From a virus (lineage: Duplodnaviria > Caudoviricetes), in the IMG/VR virus record IMGVR_UViG_645058824_000001, positions 18,138-82,137 of that record: a stretch of DNA of 64,000 bases, one strand, 5' to 3'. The notes under the pieces are model-generated. The model was given only the letters and a program-made list of their open reading frames with translations. It did not search any database and was not told the DNA's origin. Within the stretch, counting starts at the first letter, position 1, and each line of letters opens with the position of its first letter. This document shows positions 36,795 through 45,982 of this stretch, piece after piece. Both the position numbers and the translations under genes were made by a program.

Positions 36795-37152
36795 AATCGG
36801 CCACTTGGATCATTTCCGGCCATCTTCAGGCGAGCCTTACTCCAGTCGGCGCGAAATGACGACGCTCCTTAACGCGTACTTTTCGAAATTCCCAGTTCAC
36901 CACTGCCGCAGGTGAGCAGGCCGAGGTGTCGACCTTCCCACTCAACTGAGTACGCGCTCCGTTCCCCCATATGGGTGACGACATAAGAAAGTCGCAGGTG
37001 AAATGAGGTGCAGCGGCCCTCGGGAGCCTGCTCTAGAGTCTTCTCCAGAACGACGAACGGCCGAGCGGTTCGCACCCGCCCGGCCGTTTCAACCAGCGAG
37101 TTCGCACCTCGCTGATCAATCAACCCGCTCCTAGCAGAGAGAAGGTTTCGTC

Positions 37153-37623
37153 ATGACTGTATCGCAGGGGTGCGTTACCCCTCAGCGCGAGATGCCGGCC
37201 CCACGCTCCTGGTCGTTCGTCGACCGTCGCACCGGTGAGCGCGTGCAGTACACCTGTATGGACGGCTGCACGATCGACCACTCCCGCGAGATGGGACGCG
37301 CGATCTTCCGCGAGGACGTGTGGTGCTGGTTCTGGGACCGGCCGTTGACGCTGCCGGTCAACACGAGTGGCGAGCCTGAGACGTTCCAGGTCCTCAATAC
37401 GGTCATCAAGGTCGAGCCGTGGTCGTCGAAGTTCGCTGAGCGGCTGCCCTATGCGGTGATCGAGCTGCTGGACGACCACTTCATCGAGGGCCTGGATCCG
37501 GACGGCCTGGAGACCGTCATCAACACGCTCGCGGCCCGGGTCGAGGGGATGCGGGCCACGCACCGCCGTCTGGTCGAGGTGCGTGAGGAGTACCGGGCGC
37601 GAAGGCGCAGCGCGACCGGCTGA
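37153..37623 (+). CDS. DUF6907-like protein
   Basis: YTCMDGCTIDH...DVWC. Confidence 0.6.
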   Translation: MTVSQGCVTPQREMPAPRSWSFVDRRTGERVQYTCMDGCTIDHSREMGRAIFREDVWCWFWDRPLTLPVNTSGEPETFQVLNTVIKVEPWSSKFAERLPYAVIELLDDHFIEGLDPDGLETVINTLAARVEGMRATHRRLVEVREEYRARRRSATG

Positions 37624-37717
37624 GCCCCGTCGGTGCCGGCGCCGCTCGAGGTGTTGCGGGCCTGACGACGGACGACGCCCCCGGCCTTCGAACGAGAAGC
37701 GGGGGCGTCGGCATTCT

Positions 37718-38080
37718 TCAGCGTTTCCCGAGCCACTTCCTGACGGACATCCGGTCGATGCCGGCCTGCTGGGCGAATCCGGCTTCGGTGGCGTCGCCAT
37801 TGTTGATGCGGGTGACGCCGATCTGCCGCAGGGCCACGAGTGCCTTACGCTCGGCGATTCGAGCGGCGGCGCGCTGGTTGGCGAGTTCGGCGATGAGGTC
37901 TTCCGGGGCCTCGACCATGAGGCGGTAGGCGGCAGTGAGGGCGGCTTCGCGGTCGTCGCGGTCGTCCTCGCCGGGGTACTGCTCTTCGATTTCGTTGGCG
38001 GTGCGGAGGAGTTCGTCGATCTGGTCGTCGCTGAGGCCGTGGTCGTTGCCGAGCCAGGCTTCGAGTTCGTACTGCTGCAT
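37718..38080 (-). CDS. Hypothetical protein with a C-terminal HTH-like segment
   Basis: TEAGFAQQAGIDRMSVRKWLGK. Confidence 0.65.
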   Translation of the reverse strand: MQQYELEAWLGNDHGLSDDQIDELLRTANEIEEQYPGEDDRDDREAALTAAYRLMVEAPEDLIAELANQRAAARIAERKALVALRQIGVTRINNGDATEAGFAQQAGIDRMSVRKWLGKR

Positions 38081-38083
38081 GGG

Positions 38084-38416
38084 TCAGTTCTCCAGGGTGT
38101 CGCAGGCGTGGCAGTCGCAGGGGTAGGGGGCGACGGTGGGGCCGCCGACGGCCTCGGCGAACGCGTTGCCCTCCGGGGTGCGGTGGCCCTCGGGGGCGTG
38201 GAAGATGTCCATCTGGTCGGTGGCGGCCTCGTAGAGGGCGCGGGCGTGGCCCTCGCCGCGGTGGTCCTCGTCGACCCAGATGTTCATGATCTCGTGGCGG
38301 TCGGTGGAGACGTAGAGCTCGGCGATGAGTTGGCCGTCGGCGTCGTGGGTTTCCCAGATGTGGTTGCTGCTGCCGTCGCCGTAGTAGTCGCCGGTGCGGG
38401 TGGTGATCGTCAGCAT
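38084..38416 (-). CDS. GNAT-family N-acetyltransferase
   Basis: IWVDEDHRGEGHARAL (acetyl-CoA motif A). Confidence 0.75.
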   Translation of the reverse strand: MLTITTRTGDYYGDGSSNHIWETHDADGQLIAELYVSTDRHEIMNIWVDEDHRGEGHARALYEAATDQMDIFHAPEGHRTPEGNAFAEAVGGPTVAPYPCDCHACDTLEN

Positions 38417-38445
38417 GGAAGTCCCCTCCGGAGCGCCCCTCGCTC

Positions 38446-38491
38446 CATCTGTAGACCAGACTACAGATGCCCTGTAGTCCTGTCTACAGAT
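38446..38491. promoter_or_regulatory. Palindromic operators
   Basis: CATCTGTAG-N6-CTACAGATG followed by CTGTAG-N6-CTACAG. Confidence 0.65.
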
Positions 38492-38553
38492 CGGCGCACA
38501 TGAGGACACACCGACGCCCCCGGCCGTAGACCGCGACCGGGGGCGTCGCGTTG

Positions 38554-39363
38554 TCAGCTGCTGGTGTCGTCGGGTGCGGCTCGGTCGTCAATGACGATGC
38601 GGACCGCGTCGGCGCCGTCGCCGCGGTGGGGCCGGGTGACGATCTCCTGCACGGTCTCGGTGAGCCGCTCATGGAGGTGCGCGGCGATGGCGCGGGTGCC
38701 GGCCTCGGGGGCGGTGCGGCTGACGCGGTGAAGACTGGTCAGGGCGGCGACGAGGCTCGGCCCGGACACCTTGGCCAGGACGACCCCTTCGGCACCCCGG
38801 ACCTCGGCCGGGAGGTGGAAGTGCTGGTCGGCGCCGACGTGCTTGACCAAGAATTCCCAGGTGTCGCGGTGGGCGTGGAGGGTAGCGGCGGAGATACCGG
38901 CAGCGGCCCGGAGGGTGTCGACGTCGGGCTCATCCAGCGGGTCCGGACGTTCGGGCTCGGGTTCGGGGTCAGGTTCGGGCACCGCCTCGGGGACGGGTGT
39001 CGGCTCGGGTTCCGGGGCGGGCGGGCTGGCCGGCTCTGCCGCGGGCGCGGGCGGGCTGGCGGCCTGCTCCTGGAGTCGGCTGTCGAGCTGGCCGATGGCG
39101 CTGCGGATCGTGACGAGCTCCCCGCCGATGCTCGCGACGGGCCCGGTGACGATGTCGTTGGTGCGGCTCATGGCGTCCCGGGCGACGGCCCGGATCTCCG
39201 CGAGGCCGGTCGTGATCGCCGCGGTGGCGTCCTGGCGGATCTGATTGATGGTGTTCTGCTGGTCGTTGACCTGCTGCTTGACGGCGGCAAGGTCGGTGGC
39301 GAGTTTCCCGAGCTGCTCGATGATCTGCTGAAGCTGGGCCCGGTCTCCGCTACCAAATGGCAC
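38554..39363 (-). CDS. Coiled-coil + Pro/Glu-linker hypothetical protein
   Basis: GTG start at 39363; heptad N-terminus; PEPEP linker. Confidence 0.65.
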   Translation of the reverse strand: MPFGSGDRAQLQQIIEQLGKLATDLAAVKQQVNDQQNTINQIRQDATAAITTGLAEIRAVARDAMSRTNDIVTGPVASIGGELVTIRSAIGQLDSRLQEQAASPPAPAAEPASPPAPEPEPTPVPEAVPEPDPEPEPERPDPLDEPDVDTLRAAAGISAATLHAHRDTWEFLVKHVGADQHFHLPAEVRGAEGVVLAKVSGPSLVAALTSLHRVSRTAPEAGTRAIAAHLHERLTETVQEIVTRPHRGDGADAVRIVIDDRAAPDDTSS

Positions 39364-39526
39364 GCTTTCCCCCTTGCAGTCACTAGTGACCTTGAAAGGG
39401 TGGAGTGGGGATGACTTGTCGACAAGGAGGCAAACCGGCCAGCGGCACCGGAAACGCGCGCTTGACGACACGACGACACCCCCGCCCGGGATAGGCGGGG
39501 GGCATCACACTGTCAGCTAGAGAGCG

Positions 39527-39934
39527 TCAGAGCCGGTCGAGCGGTCCCCGGAACTGCTGAAGGCGTAACCCTTCCTCGGGGGTCTGCCAGCTGTTCGCGG
39601 CGTACTGGGCGGCCTTCTCGCGCCAGGGTAGGGAGCGAGGCCCCCAGTTCTTGTTGCCGTCGTGGCAGGACATCACCGAGTTACAGCGGTCGCATACGAG
39701 TCCGCGCACGTAGCAGGCGGGGCGACCACTGAAGTGGTCGATGACCAGGCGCCGGTTTGGCGTCTCCGCCTCTGGGGTGCCGCAGATCTCGCAGCAGTCG
39801 CGTGCGCGTGCGCGTAGGGCGTCGTACTCGTCGCAGGTCAGCCGGAAGCGGCTGTAGTGCCAGCAGATCGCGCCGCGCGGGTGGTGGCGGTTCTGGTCCT
39901 TGGAGGCGAACTCCACCCCGTTGATGTCGATCAC
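39527..39934 (-). CDS. Endonuclease VII-like nuclease (contains a TTA codon)
   Basis: CEICG...LVIDH...VRGLVCDRCN; TTA at 39566-39568. Confidence 0.8.
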   Translation of the reverse strand: MIDINGVEFASKDQNRHHPRGAICWHYSRFRLTCDEYDALRARARDCCEICGTPEAETPNRRLVIDHFSGRPACYVRGLVCDRCNSVMSCHDGNKNWGPRSLPWREKAAQYAANSWQTPEEGLRLQQFRGPLDRL

Positions 39935-40206
39935 TCGGAGCTCCCCTTCCTGGGGGAGCGACTGTGCCCGCGGGCGATGCCACTGACGCGTTCGGGCTTC
40001 ACGCCGAGGCGAGGGGCCATGTCGGTGTAGCTCATACCGTCGCGCTCATGGAGGGTGCGGACGACGTGCTGCCGGCGTTCCCGTAGCCACTTCTGGAGGT
40101 CCGGGATGGCGGCAAGGGCCTGGGTGAGGGCGACGGCTTGGTCAATGCTCTCGCCGCCGGCCGCGAGGTCGGCGAGCTGCTCGAACGGTGCGGGTGGCTT
40201 GGTCAT
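39931..40206 (-). CDS. HTH protein
   Basis: GMSYTDMAPRLGVKPERVSGIARG. Confidence 0.75.
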   Translation of the reverse strand: MTKPPAPFEQLADLAAGGESIDQAVALTQALAAIPDLQKWLRERRQHVVRTLHERDGMSYTDMAPRLGVKPERVSGIARGHSRSPRKGSSE

Positions 40207-40217
40207 GGGGCGAGGGT

Positions 40218-40278
40218 AGTGGGTACCCGCCAAACAATCCAGTGGGTACCCACTTGTCGAATTGATGGGTACCCACTA
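40218..40278. promoter_or_regulatory. Three copies of the palindrome (G)TGGGTACCC(AC)
   Basis: Between divergent genes. Confidence 0.7.
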
Positions 40279-40314
40279 ATCTGGAGTTGTCAGGACGCCA
40301 ACTAGGGAGATGCA

Positions 40315-40620
40315 GTGAGCGTGATGACCGAGAACAAGGCGCCGGCCATGAGCGAGACATTCGAGCCGGTGGACTTCAGCAACGTGCACGAGGGCGACCG
40401 CGTCTCGTTCCTCACCAACGAGAACGGCTACGGCGGACGCGGCTGGTACGAGCGCACCGGGACAGTCGTCAAGGTCACCGAGAAGACTGTCCGGGTCGAG
40501 TGCGACGACGCATCGACACGCGTCAAGCGGGACATCGCGGTCCTGCGCCGGGCCGACTGGTACCCGCGCTCCGTCCGCAAGTTCACCGCGAAGCCGGGCG
40601 CCGACCGCTTCACCCACTGA
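40315..40620 (+). CDS. Hypothetical (SH3-like) protein
   Basis: VHEGDRVSF...RTGTVVKVTEKTVRVE. Confidence 0.6.
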   Translation: MSVMTENKAPAMSETFEPVDFSNVHEGDRVSFLTNENGYGGRGWYERTGTVVKVTEKTVRVECDDASTRVKRDIAVLRRADWYPRSVRKFTAKPGADRFTH

Positions 40621-40830
40621 GCTGAGGCAGCTACCCAACGCTGCCAATGTCGCGCGGGGCGACCGCCTCGGATCCTGCCCGGAACGAACACGAAAACCGG
40701 CGATGCCCCGGCCGAGGGAAGCGGCCGGGGCATCGCCCGTACCGTACCTGAATGAAGAGATGACGCCGAAGCCCCGCCATTGCGCGGGGCTTCGGCGACG
40801 CCTCAGCCGTCGCGTCCGCCCGGCTACCGG

Positions 40831-41283
40831 TCACGACTCCTTGGTCTGGCCGGTGCTGGCGGCGTCGCGGATGGCGGCGGCGAGGTTGTCGGGGTTGTCC
40901 TGGACGGGATGCCCGGCGGCGATCTGGGCGGCGAGAGTCTCCACCCGGGCGAGGGCGGCTTCGGCGGCATCCCGTTGCCGTCCGGCTTCGTGCATGAGCT
41001 GGATGGCACGCACTGCGGTCCAGGTGGCGGTGTCTGTGCCGGTGGGGATCGGGCCGAGGATGGTCTCCAGGACGGCGCGGGCGACGGCACGGCGGGCAGA
41101 CAACGGCAGCCACGCCCCCGCGGCGCGCAACGCGGGCTGGACGGCGTTGAAGGCGTGCGCCTCGAGCTGGGACCAGGCCGCGGGGACGGCCGACCCGCCG
41201 TCGGGGGCGAGGGCGGCGGCCCGGTCTTGCTGCTGCTTCCGCGCCCACCCAATAGGACCGCGGGGCTCGGGCTGGTCGGTCAT
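40831..41283 (-). CDS. Hypothetical protein
   Basis: ATGA-coupled ORF. Confidence 0.6.
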   Translation of the reverse strand: MTDQPEPRGPIGWARKQQQDRAAALAPDGGSAVPAAWSQLEAHAFNAVQPALRAAGAWLPLSARRAVARAVLETILGPIPTGTDTATWTAVRAIQLMHEAGRQRDAAEAALARVETLAAQIAAGHPVQDNPDNLAAAIRDAASTGQTKES

Positions 41284-41624
41284 GCGGCTTCCTTCCGTTG
41301 CTGACGACGGCTGTTGCGGTAGGCGCGCTCCCCCGCCTTGCACAGGTCGCAGGGCTCTTCGCCGCGATACAGGTGAGCGGCGTAGCCGGCGTGGTCGCCG
41401 TGGCGTTCCCGGCGGAGGATCCCGGCCTGGTAGGCGAGGTGCACGGCGTGGGCTTGGCTACGGGCACCCAGCTTCTTGATCGCACTGTGGGCGTAGTTCT
41501 TGACGGTGGCGTGGGCGAGGATGAGGTCGGCGGCGATCTCGGCGTAGCTGGCGCCTTCGGCTATCGCTTTGAGGACTTGGATCTCGCGTTCGACGAGGGG
41601 CATCCCTGGGCGGGCGGCTCTCAC
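41280..41624 (-). CDS. LuxR-type HTH regulator with a C-terminal His/Cys motif
   Basis: EREIQVLKAIAEGASYAEIAADL...TVKNY. Confidence 0.85.
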   Translation of the reverse strand: MRAARPGMPLVEREIQVLKAIAEGASYAEIAADLILAHATVKNYAHSAIKKLGARSQAHAVHLAYQAGILRRERHGDHAGYAAHLYRGEEPCDLCKAGERAYRNSRRQQRKEAA

Positions 41625-41818
41625 GGCTTGCCACCTCGCCTCCGGGGTGCGGCGAGCCTGCCTTCGCGGATGGCTTTCTGCCTGAGGGCGTCTTCGATGA
41701 CGGTGGCGGGGACGAGGCCGGGGAAGCAGTCGGCGAGCAAGCGTTCGGTGGTGGCGCTGATGTAGCGGCGGCGGCCCGGCTTCGCGGGCAGACGCTCGGC
41801 CGGCTTCGCAGGGTTCAC
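41621..41818 (-). CDS. Hypothetical protein
   Basis: Coupled ORF. Confidence 0.55.
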   Translation of the reverse strand: MNPAKPAERLPAKPGRRRYISATTERLLADCFPGLVPATVIEDALRQKAIREGRLAAPRRRGGKP

Positions 41819-42036
41819 CGGGCACCCCCGTTGATTCGGCGGGCGAGGGCGAGCACCGCATCGTCGAGGCGGGTGCTGGGGTGGCTGTCGGGGCGCTGCC
41901 GCCAGTCGTCCCCGTACTCGACGAGGAGTTGGGCGACGCCGGGGAACAGCACGTGGAGTGGGGTGCCACGCCAGTTCGCATCGTCCATGGCGTCCAAGCG
42001 CCGGGCGGCGGCGGAGAGTTCCTGATCGGGTGTCAC
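41815..42036 (-). CDS. Hypothetical protein
   Basis: Coupled ORF. Confidence 0.55.
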   Translation of the reverse strand: MTPDQELSAAARRLDAMDDANWRGTPLHVLFPGVAQLLVEYGDDWRQRPDSHPSTRLDDAVLALARRINGGAR

Positions 42037-42100
42037 AGTGCGGGCCTTTCGGGGAGAACCGCCACCCCCGGACCGGGGCGGCGGGTGGTTCAGGGGCGGG

Positions 42101-42511
42101 TCAGCGGGCGGGCTGGAAGGTCCACCAGCCGTCGTAGCCGTCGGGGATGGCCGGGTAGCCGGCGAGCATCGGGCGGAGAATCTCGAGGTGCTGCTCCTGG
42201 TCGGCGAGGGTGCCGGTGCCCCAGTACGAGGTGCCGTCCCAACGGCCGTGGGTGTCGCCGCCGTACCGGCCGTCGTCGTGCTGCTCCAGGAACTGGCGGG
42301 CGTCGGCGGGCTCGGGGTGCTGGAGGTCCCAGAGTTCGCCGATGCAGGCGACGGTGATGCCCTTACGGCGGCGGAACCAGACGGCGTCGATGCGGCCGTC
42401 GAAGTAGTACTCGTTCCGGCCCTGCGGGGTTTCGGTGCGGCTGCCGCGCAGGCTGCCGAGGTTGACGGCGTAGGGCTTGCGGGAGATCAGGAAACGATCC
42501 TCACGGATCAC
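42101..42511 (-). CDS. Hypothetical protein
   Basis: GTG after GGAGG. Confidence 0.6.
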   Translation of the reverse strand: MIREDRFLISRKPYAVNLGSLRGSRTETPQGRNEYYFDGRIDAVWFRRRKGITVACIGELWDLQHPEPADARQFLEQHDDGRYGGDTHGRWDGTSYWGTGTLADQEQHLEILRPMLAGYPAIPDGYDGWWTFQPAR

Positions 42512-42582
42512 GGTTCCTCCGGTGGGTAGTCGGTGGTGCACGGGGCCGCGCCCGAGGTTGAGCGGGAGCGGCCCCGGCAGGT

Positions 42583-42843
42583 TCAGGGGCGGGTGATGTG
42601 GAGGCGGCGTCGTCCGCCGCCGGGCTGCTGGTCGGGCACGACGTGGAAGCCCGCGGCCTGCAGCTCGAGGGCGTACCGCTCGAGGCCGTCCTTCTCGCCG
42701 GGCCCGTCGTGGAAGACGTTGACCTGACGGCGGCCCGCTTGTGCGGTACGCCAGCCGGGGTCCCAGTCGCCGTCGATGAACTCGGACTGCGGGTACGGGG
42801 CGAGGACGGCGTCGACGTCGCGGGCGCGGATCACGCGCGGCAT
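42583..42843 (-). CDS. Hypothetical protein
   Basis: Coupled to the MazG stop. Confidence 0.6.
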   Translation of the reverse strand: MPRVIRARDVDAVLAPYPQSEFIDGDWDPGWRTAQAGRRQVNVFHDGPGEKDGLERYALELQAAGFHVVPDQQPGGGRRRLHITRP

Positions 42844-43175
42844 CAGGCGGTCACCGTCTCGGGGGTGCGCGGCCTGCTCGCGATCTTCGCGAGCTTGGCC
42901 CGCAGGTGCTCTTCCGGGTCGTCGCTGATGGACGCGAGGGCGACGGCGGCGGTGACGATGACGTCGCAGAGTTCGTCGGCGACGTCGGTCGTGGTGTGGG
43001 TGACGCCCTTGCGCGGGTTCTGGCCGCGCACGCCGATCCACGCTTGGGCGGCCTCGCCGACCTCCTCGGACAGTTTGAGGATGCGGAGGCTGATCTCGTC
43101 GGGGCTGTAGCCGTTCTCGGCGTTGAGCCAGGCGACGAGGTCGCGGATGGTGGACCACTGCTCGGGGCTGATCAT
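42843..43175 (-). CDS. MazG-like nucleotide pyrophosphohydrolase
   Basis: LKLSEEVGEAAQA...VADELCDV. Confidence 0.85.
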   Translation of the reverse strand: MISPEQWSTIRDLVAWLNAENGYSPDEISLRILKLSEEVGEAAQAWIGVRGQNPRKGVTHTTTDVADELCDVIVTAAVALASISDDPEEHLRAKLAKIASRPRTPETVTA

Positions 43176-43351
43176 GAGTGTCCTTTCGGGTGTTCGGTGG
43201 GATTGATGGGTTCGAGAGGCCGCGTGCGCCTCCCTGGGACTCGTAGACGGGCGCGGATGTCGCGACGCACCGACTTCCGGGGTTGAGGCCGCGAGAGGGG
43301 CCGTCAAAGGCTTTCTCGGGGCCGAGTTGGCGGTGTGGGGATCTGCCGCCA

Positions 43352-43570
43352 CTACTCGACCGCCGGTTCTGTCACCGTTTGAGGGACTTCAACCCCCATC
43401 CGGAACGCGGCCAACTCCACCGCCTCCCGGATCGACAGCCCGCCATCCGACTCCGCCCACATCTGCGCCGCCCGCCGGGCAAGCTCATCCGCGATCGCCT
43501 GCGCCTCCGGCGACATCGACGGACGCCCCTTCCGGGAACGACGGCCAGGCGTGAAGTCGTGGTCGGTCAC
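43352..43570 (-). CDS. Hypothetical protein
   Basis: Coupled ORF. Confidence 0.55.
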   Translation of the reverse strand: MTDHDFTPGRRSRKGRPSMSPEAQAIADELARRAAQMWAESDGGLSIREAVELAAFRMGVEVPQTVTEPAVE

Positions 43571-44250
43571 GACGCGGCCCCGTCCTGGGGCGCCTCGTCG
43601 GCGTCGCACTCGTCGCCGCAGAATGCGTGCTCGCCCTCGGCGTGAGCCTGCGCCCGCTGCTCGCTGAATGGCGGGCAGTCACAGTCGGGCCCGGCTGCCG
43701 CGCCACAACCCGAGCAGACGCCCCAATCGGCGGGCCGCTGGAGGGTGTCGACCATCGCCTGCACCGACGCGCGGGCGAGCCTCATGCTGGGCGTCTCAGC
43801 GGTGGTCTCTTGGCGTGCGGCGGCGTGCAGCAGGTCCGCCACATCCTCCGCACCCAGCGCCCGCGTCTCGTGGCCCTCCGTGCGGAGACGGGCCGCGGTG
43901 GCGGTGGCAGTACGGGCGGCATCGGCGTACACGGCGGACCGGCCGGCGGGCGGGCGGGCTTCCAGGCAGCGCGCGTCAGAGCCGGGGCTGTGGATCCATC
44001 CGGGCTCGCCGGGCCCTGTCCAGCGCTCGATGGGGTCGCCGCAGACGCAGCGGAGTGCGGACCGGTCGGCGGGCGGCTCCACGACAGCGGGCACCCCCAA
44101 CGCGGCCCGCAGGGCGGCCAGCCCTTCCGCCGTGAGGCCCACGTCCACAGCCCACGTCTGCGTGTCCAGGTACGTGATCTCTGGCAGGTGCAGGATGACG
44201 CCGTCACGGTCGGGGTCCGGCGTGACGGTCGGGGTCTCGGGGTTGGTCAT
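43567..44250 (-). CDS. Hypothetical protein (Cys/His motifs)
   Basis: GGAG RBS. Confidence 0.55.
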   Translation of the reverse strand: MTNPETPTVTPDPDRDGVILHLPEITYLDTQTWAVDVGLTAEGLAALRAALGVPAVVEPPADRSALRCVCGDPIERWTGPGEPGWIHSPGSDARCLEARPPAGRSAVYADAARTATATAARLRTEGHETRALGAEDVADLLHAAARQETTAETPSMRLARASVQAMVDTLQRPADWGVCSGCGAAAGPDCDCPPFSEQRAQAHAEGEHAFCGDECDADEAPQDGAAS

Positions 44251-44333
44251 CGGGTGTCTCCAGGGGTGAGGCCGGGTGAGAAGATGGGCGGGCCGGCTGC
44301 CCCTGATACGACCAGGGGCAGCCGTGCACGTGG

Positions 44334-44717
44334 TCAGGCAGTCAGCCACTCGCCCCACCGGCAGCCGGTGCACAGCCAGGCGTCGCCCTCCCGCAGGTCC
44401 GTGCAGTAGCCGGGCTCGAACTCGACGCGTCCGCCGCACTCCGGGCACTCCTCGGGCTTCCCGTCCGGTTCGGCGTCGTCCTCAACGTCGGCGGCCTGGG
44501 GCTCGGCGTCGTTCACCGGGTAGTCCCGCACCAGCCGGTAGCCGGCCGCCCGGTACTTGCCCAGCAGCGCGTCGACCGCCTTCCGGCCGCCCTCGCTGTC
44601 CTCGCCGTCGCCGCCGGTGACGCGGACGGTGTAGCCGTCCGTCCACAGCTCGACGGTGACCTCGTCGGCGTCGTCGCGGGCCAGGTTCCAGGTGTGCTGT
44701 ACGTGCTCGTCGCTCAT
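44334..44717 (-). CDS. Hypothetical protein with a C-terminal Zn ribbon
   Basis: CPECGG...CTGC. Confidence 0.65.
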   Translation of the reverse strand: MSDEHVQHTWNLARDDADEVTVELWTDGYTVRVTGGDGEDSEGGRKAVDALLGKYRAAGYRLVRDYPVNDAEPQAADVEDDAEPDGKPEECPECGGRVEFEPGYCTDLREGDAWLCTGCRWGEWLTA

Positions 44718-44905
44718 GGTTTTCTCCTTCGATGGGGTGTACGGGACAGGGCCAGCCGGGTTCTTACTCGCGGGTCAGGTGCGCGCCCTCACCCACAACC
44801 GGGCCCCCGATCGCGGGCGGTCGGTCATGGGGTCCTCCGGGTGGCGCGGGTAGGATTCGGCGCAGGCTCGGGGCGCGATAACGGCGCGCCCCGAGCCGTC
44901 GGTGT

Positions 44906-45298
44906 TCACGGGGTGGGGTGGGTGCGGCGGTACACGCTCAGCGCCGTCATCCCGTTGACCATGACCTTGGGCGCGTGCTCCTTCGCGAGCCGCAGCGCCG
45001 TGTCAAGGTCGAAGCGGTGCGCGGCCAGCCACTCGTCCTCCCGCTCGGACGGCACGGACTCCCACGACCACACGCCCTCGGCGTTCATGCACAGCCGGTG
45101 CCGGACCACAGCCCAGCGGTTGTCGCCCCGGTACTCGACGTTGATCGTGAACAGCAGGCGATTCACGTCGCCCTCCGGCAGCAGCGACACCTCGTAGCGG
45201 GTCGCCTGCACGATCGGCTCGGGTTGGCCGGGCTGGACGTGGCCGAGGCCTTCGCGGATCTCCCGCATCGTCATCGCGCGCTTGGGCTGGTCGGTCAT
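44906..45298 (-). CDS. Hypothetical protein
   Basis: GAGGAG RBS. Confidence 0.6.
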   Translation of the reverse strand: MTDQPKRAMTMREIREGLGHVQPGQPEPIVQATRYEVSLLPEGDVNRLLFTINVEYRGDNRWAVVRHRLCMNAEGVWSWESVPSEREDEWLAAHRFDLDTALRLAKEHAPKVMVNGMTALSVYRRTHPTP

Positions 45299-45726
45299 CG
45301 GGTCTCCTCGGTGGTGGGGCGGGCGTAGCGGTTGGTCCAGCCGACGGTGGCGTCGGCGCAGTGGTCGCCGTCGTGGCCGGGCTCCAGGTCGCAGACGTCG
45401 GCGTCGTACTCGTCGCCGCAGATCTCCGGGTCCAGGTCGGTCGGGGTGAGTCGGGCGGGGCAGAAGCGGGCGCCCGCGCTGAGACCGGTCTCGCCGCCGC
45501 TCAGGTCGAGGTACACGAACTCCCCGACGGTCAGGTCCCGGTCGGTGCGGAAGAAGCAGTCGGCCATCTCCGGGTGGCCCTTCGCGGCGAGGACGGGCCG
45601 CAGGTACGGGATCGCGTACTCCGCAACCTGCCGGGCCGCGGCGTTCCGGTCGGCGAAGTCCACAGTGATCGGCGGGACGGGCCACGCCGGGCCGAACTCG
45701 ATGCGGTAGACGGTGGGCTGGGTCAT
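45295..45726 (-). CDS. Hypothetical protein
   Basis: AAGGAG RBS. Confidence 0.6.
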   Translation of the reverse strand: MTQPTVYRIEFGPAWPVPPITVDFADRNAAARQVAEYAIPYLRPVLAAKGHPEMADCFFRTDRDLTVGEFVYLDLSGGETGLSAGARFCPARLTPTDLDPEICGDEYDADVCDLEPGHDGDHCADATVGWTNRYARPTTEETR

Positions 45727-45751
45727 GGATTTCTCCTTGGGGTTGGGCTGG

Positions 45752-45982
45752 TCACAAGGACCAGAGGCTGGGCTGCATGGGTCGGAGTTCGAGGGCGGTT
45801 TGGTCGGGGTGCACTTCGGGTGGTGTGTCCGGGCGGGGCACGGGACGCGGCCGGCGAGCACCAGACGAGACGGCGGTGATGCCGAGGCGTTCCGCGCACC
45901 GCTTCCCGTAGCGGCGAGCGATCGACACCGGATCCGTAAGCAACCGCCCACAACCGCCCTCACACAGCCGGGGCTTCGACAT
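45752..45982 (-). CDS. DUF6011-like protein
   Basis: CGRLLTDPVSIARRYGKRC. Confidence 0.7.
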   Translation of the reverse strand: MSKPRLCEGGCGRLLTDPVSIARRYGKRCAERLGITAVSSGARRPRPVPRPDTPPEVHPDQTALELRPMQPSLWSL

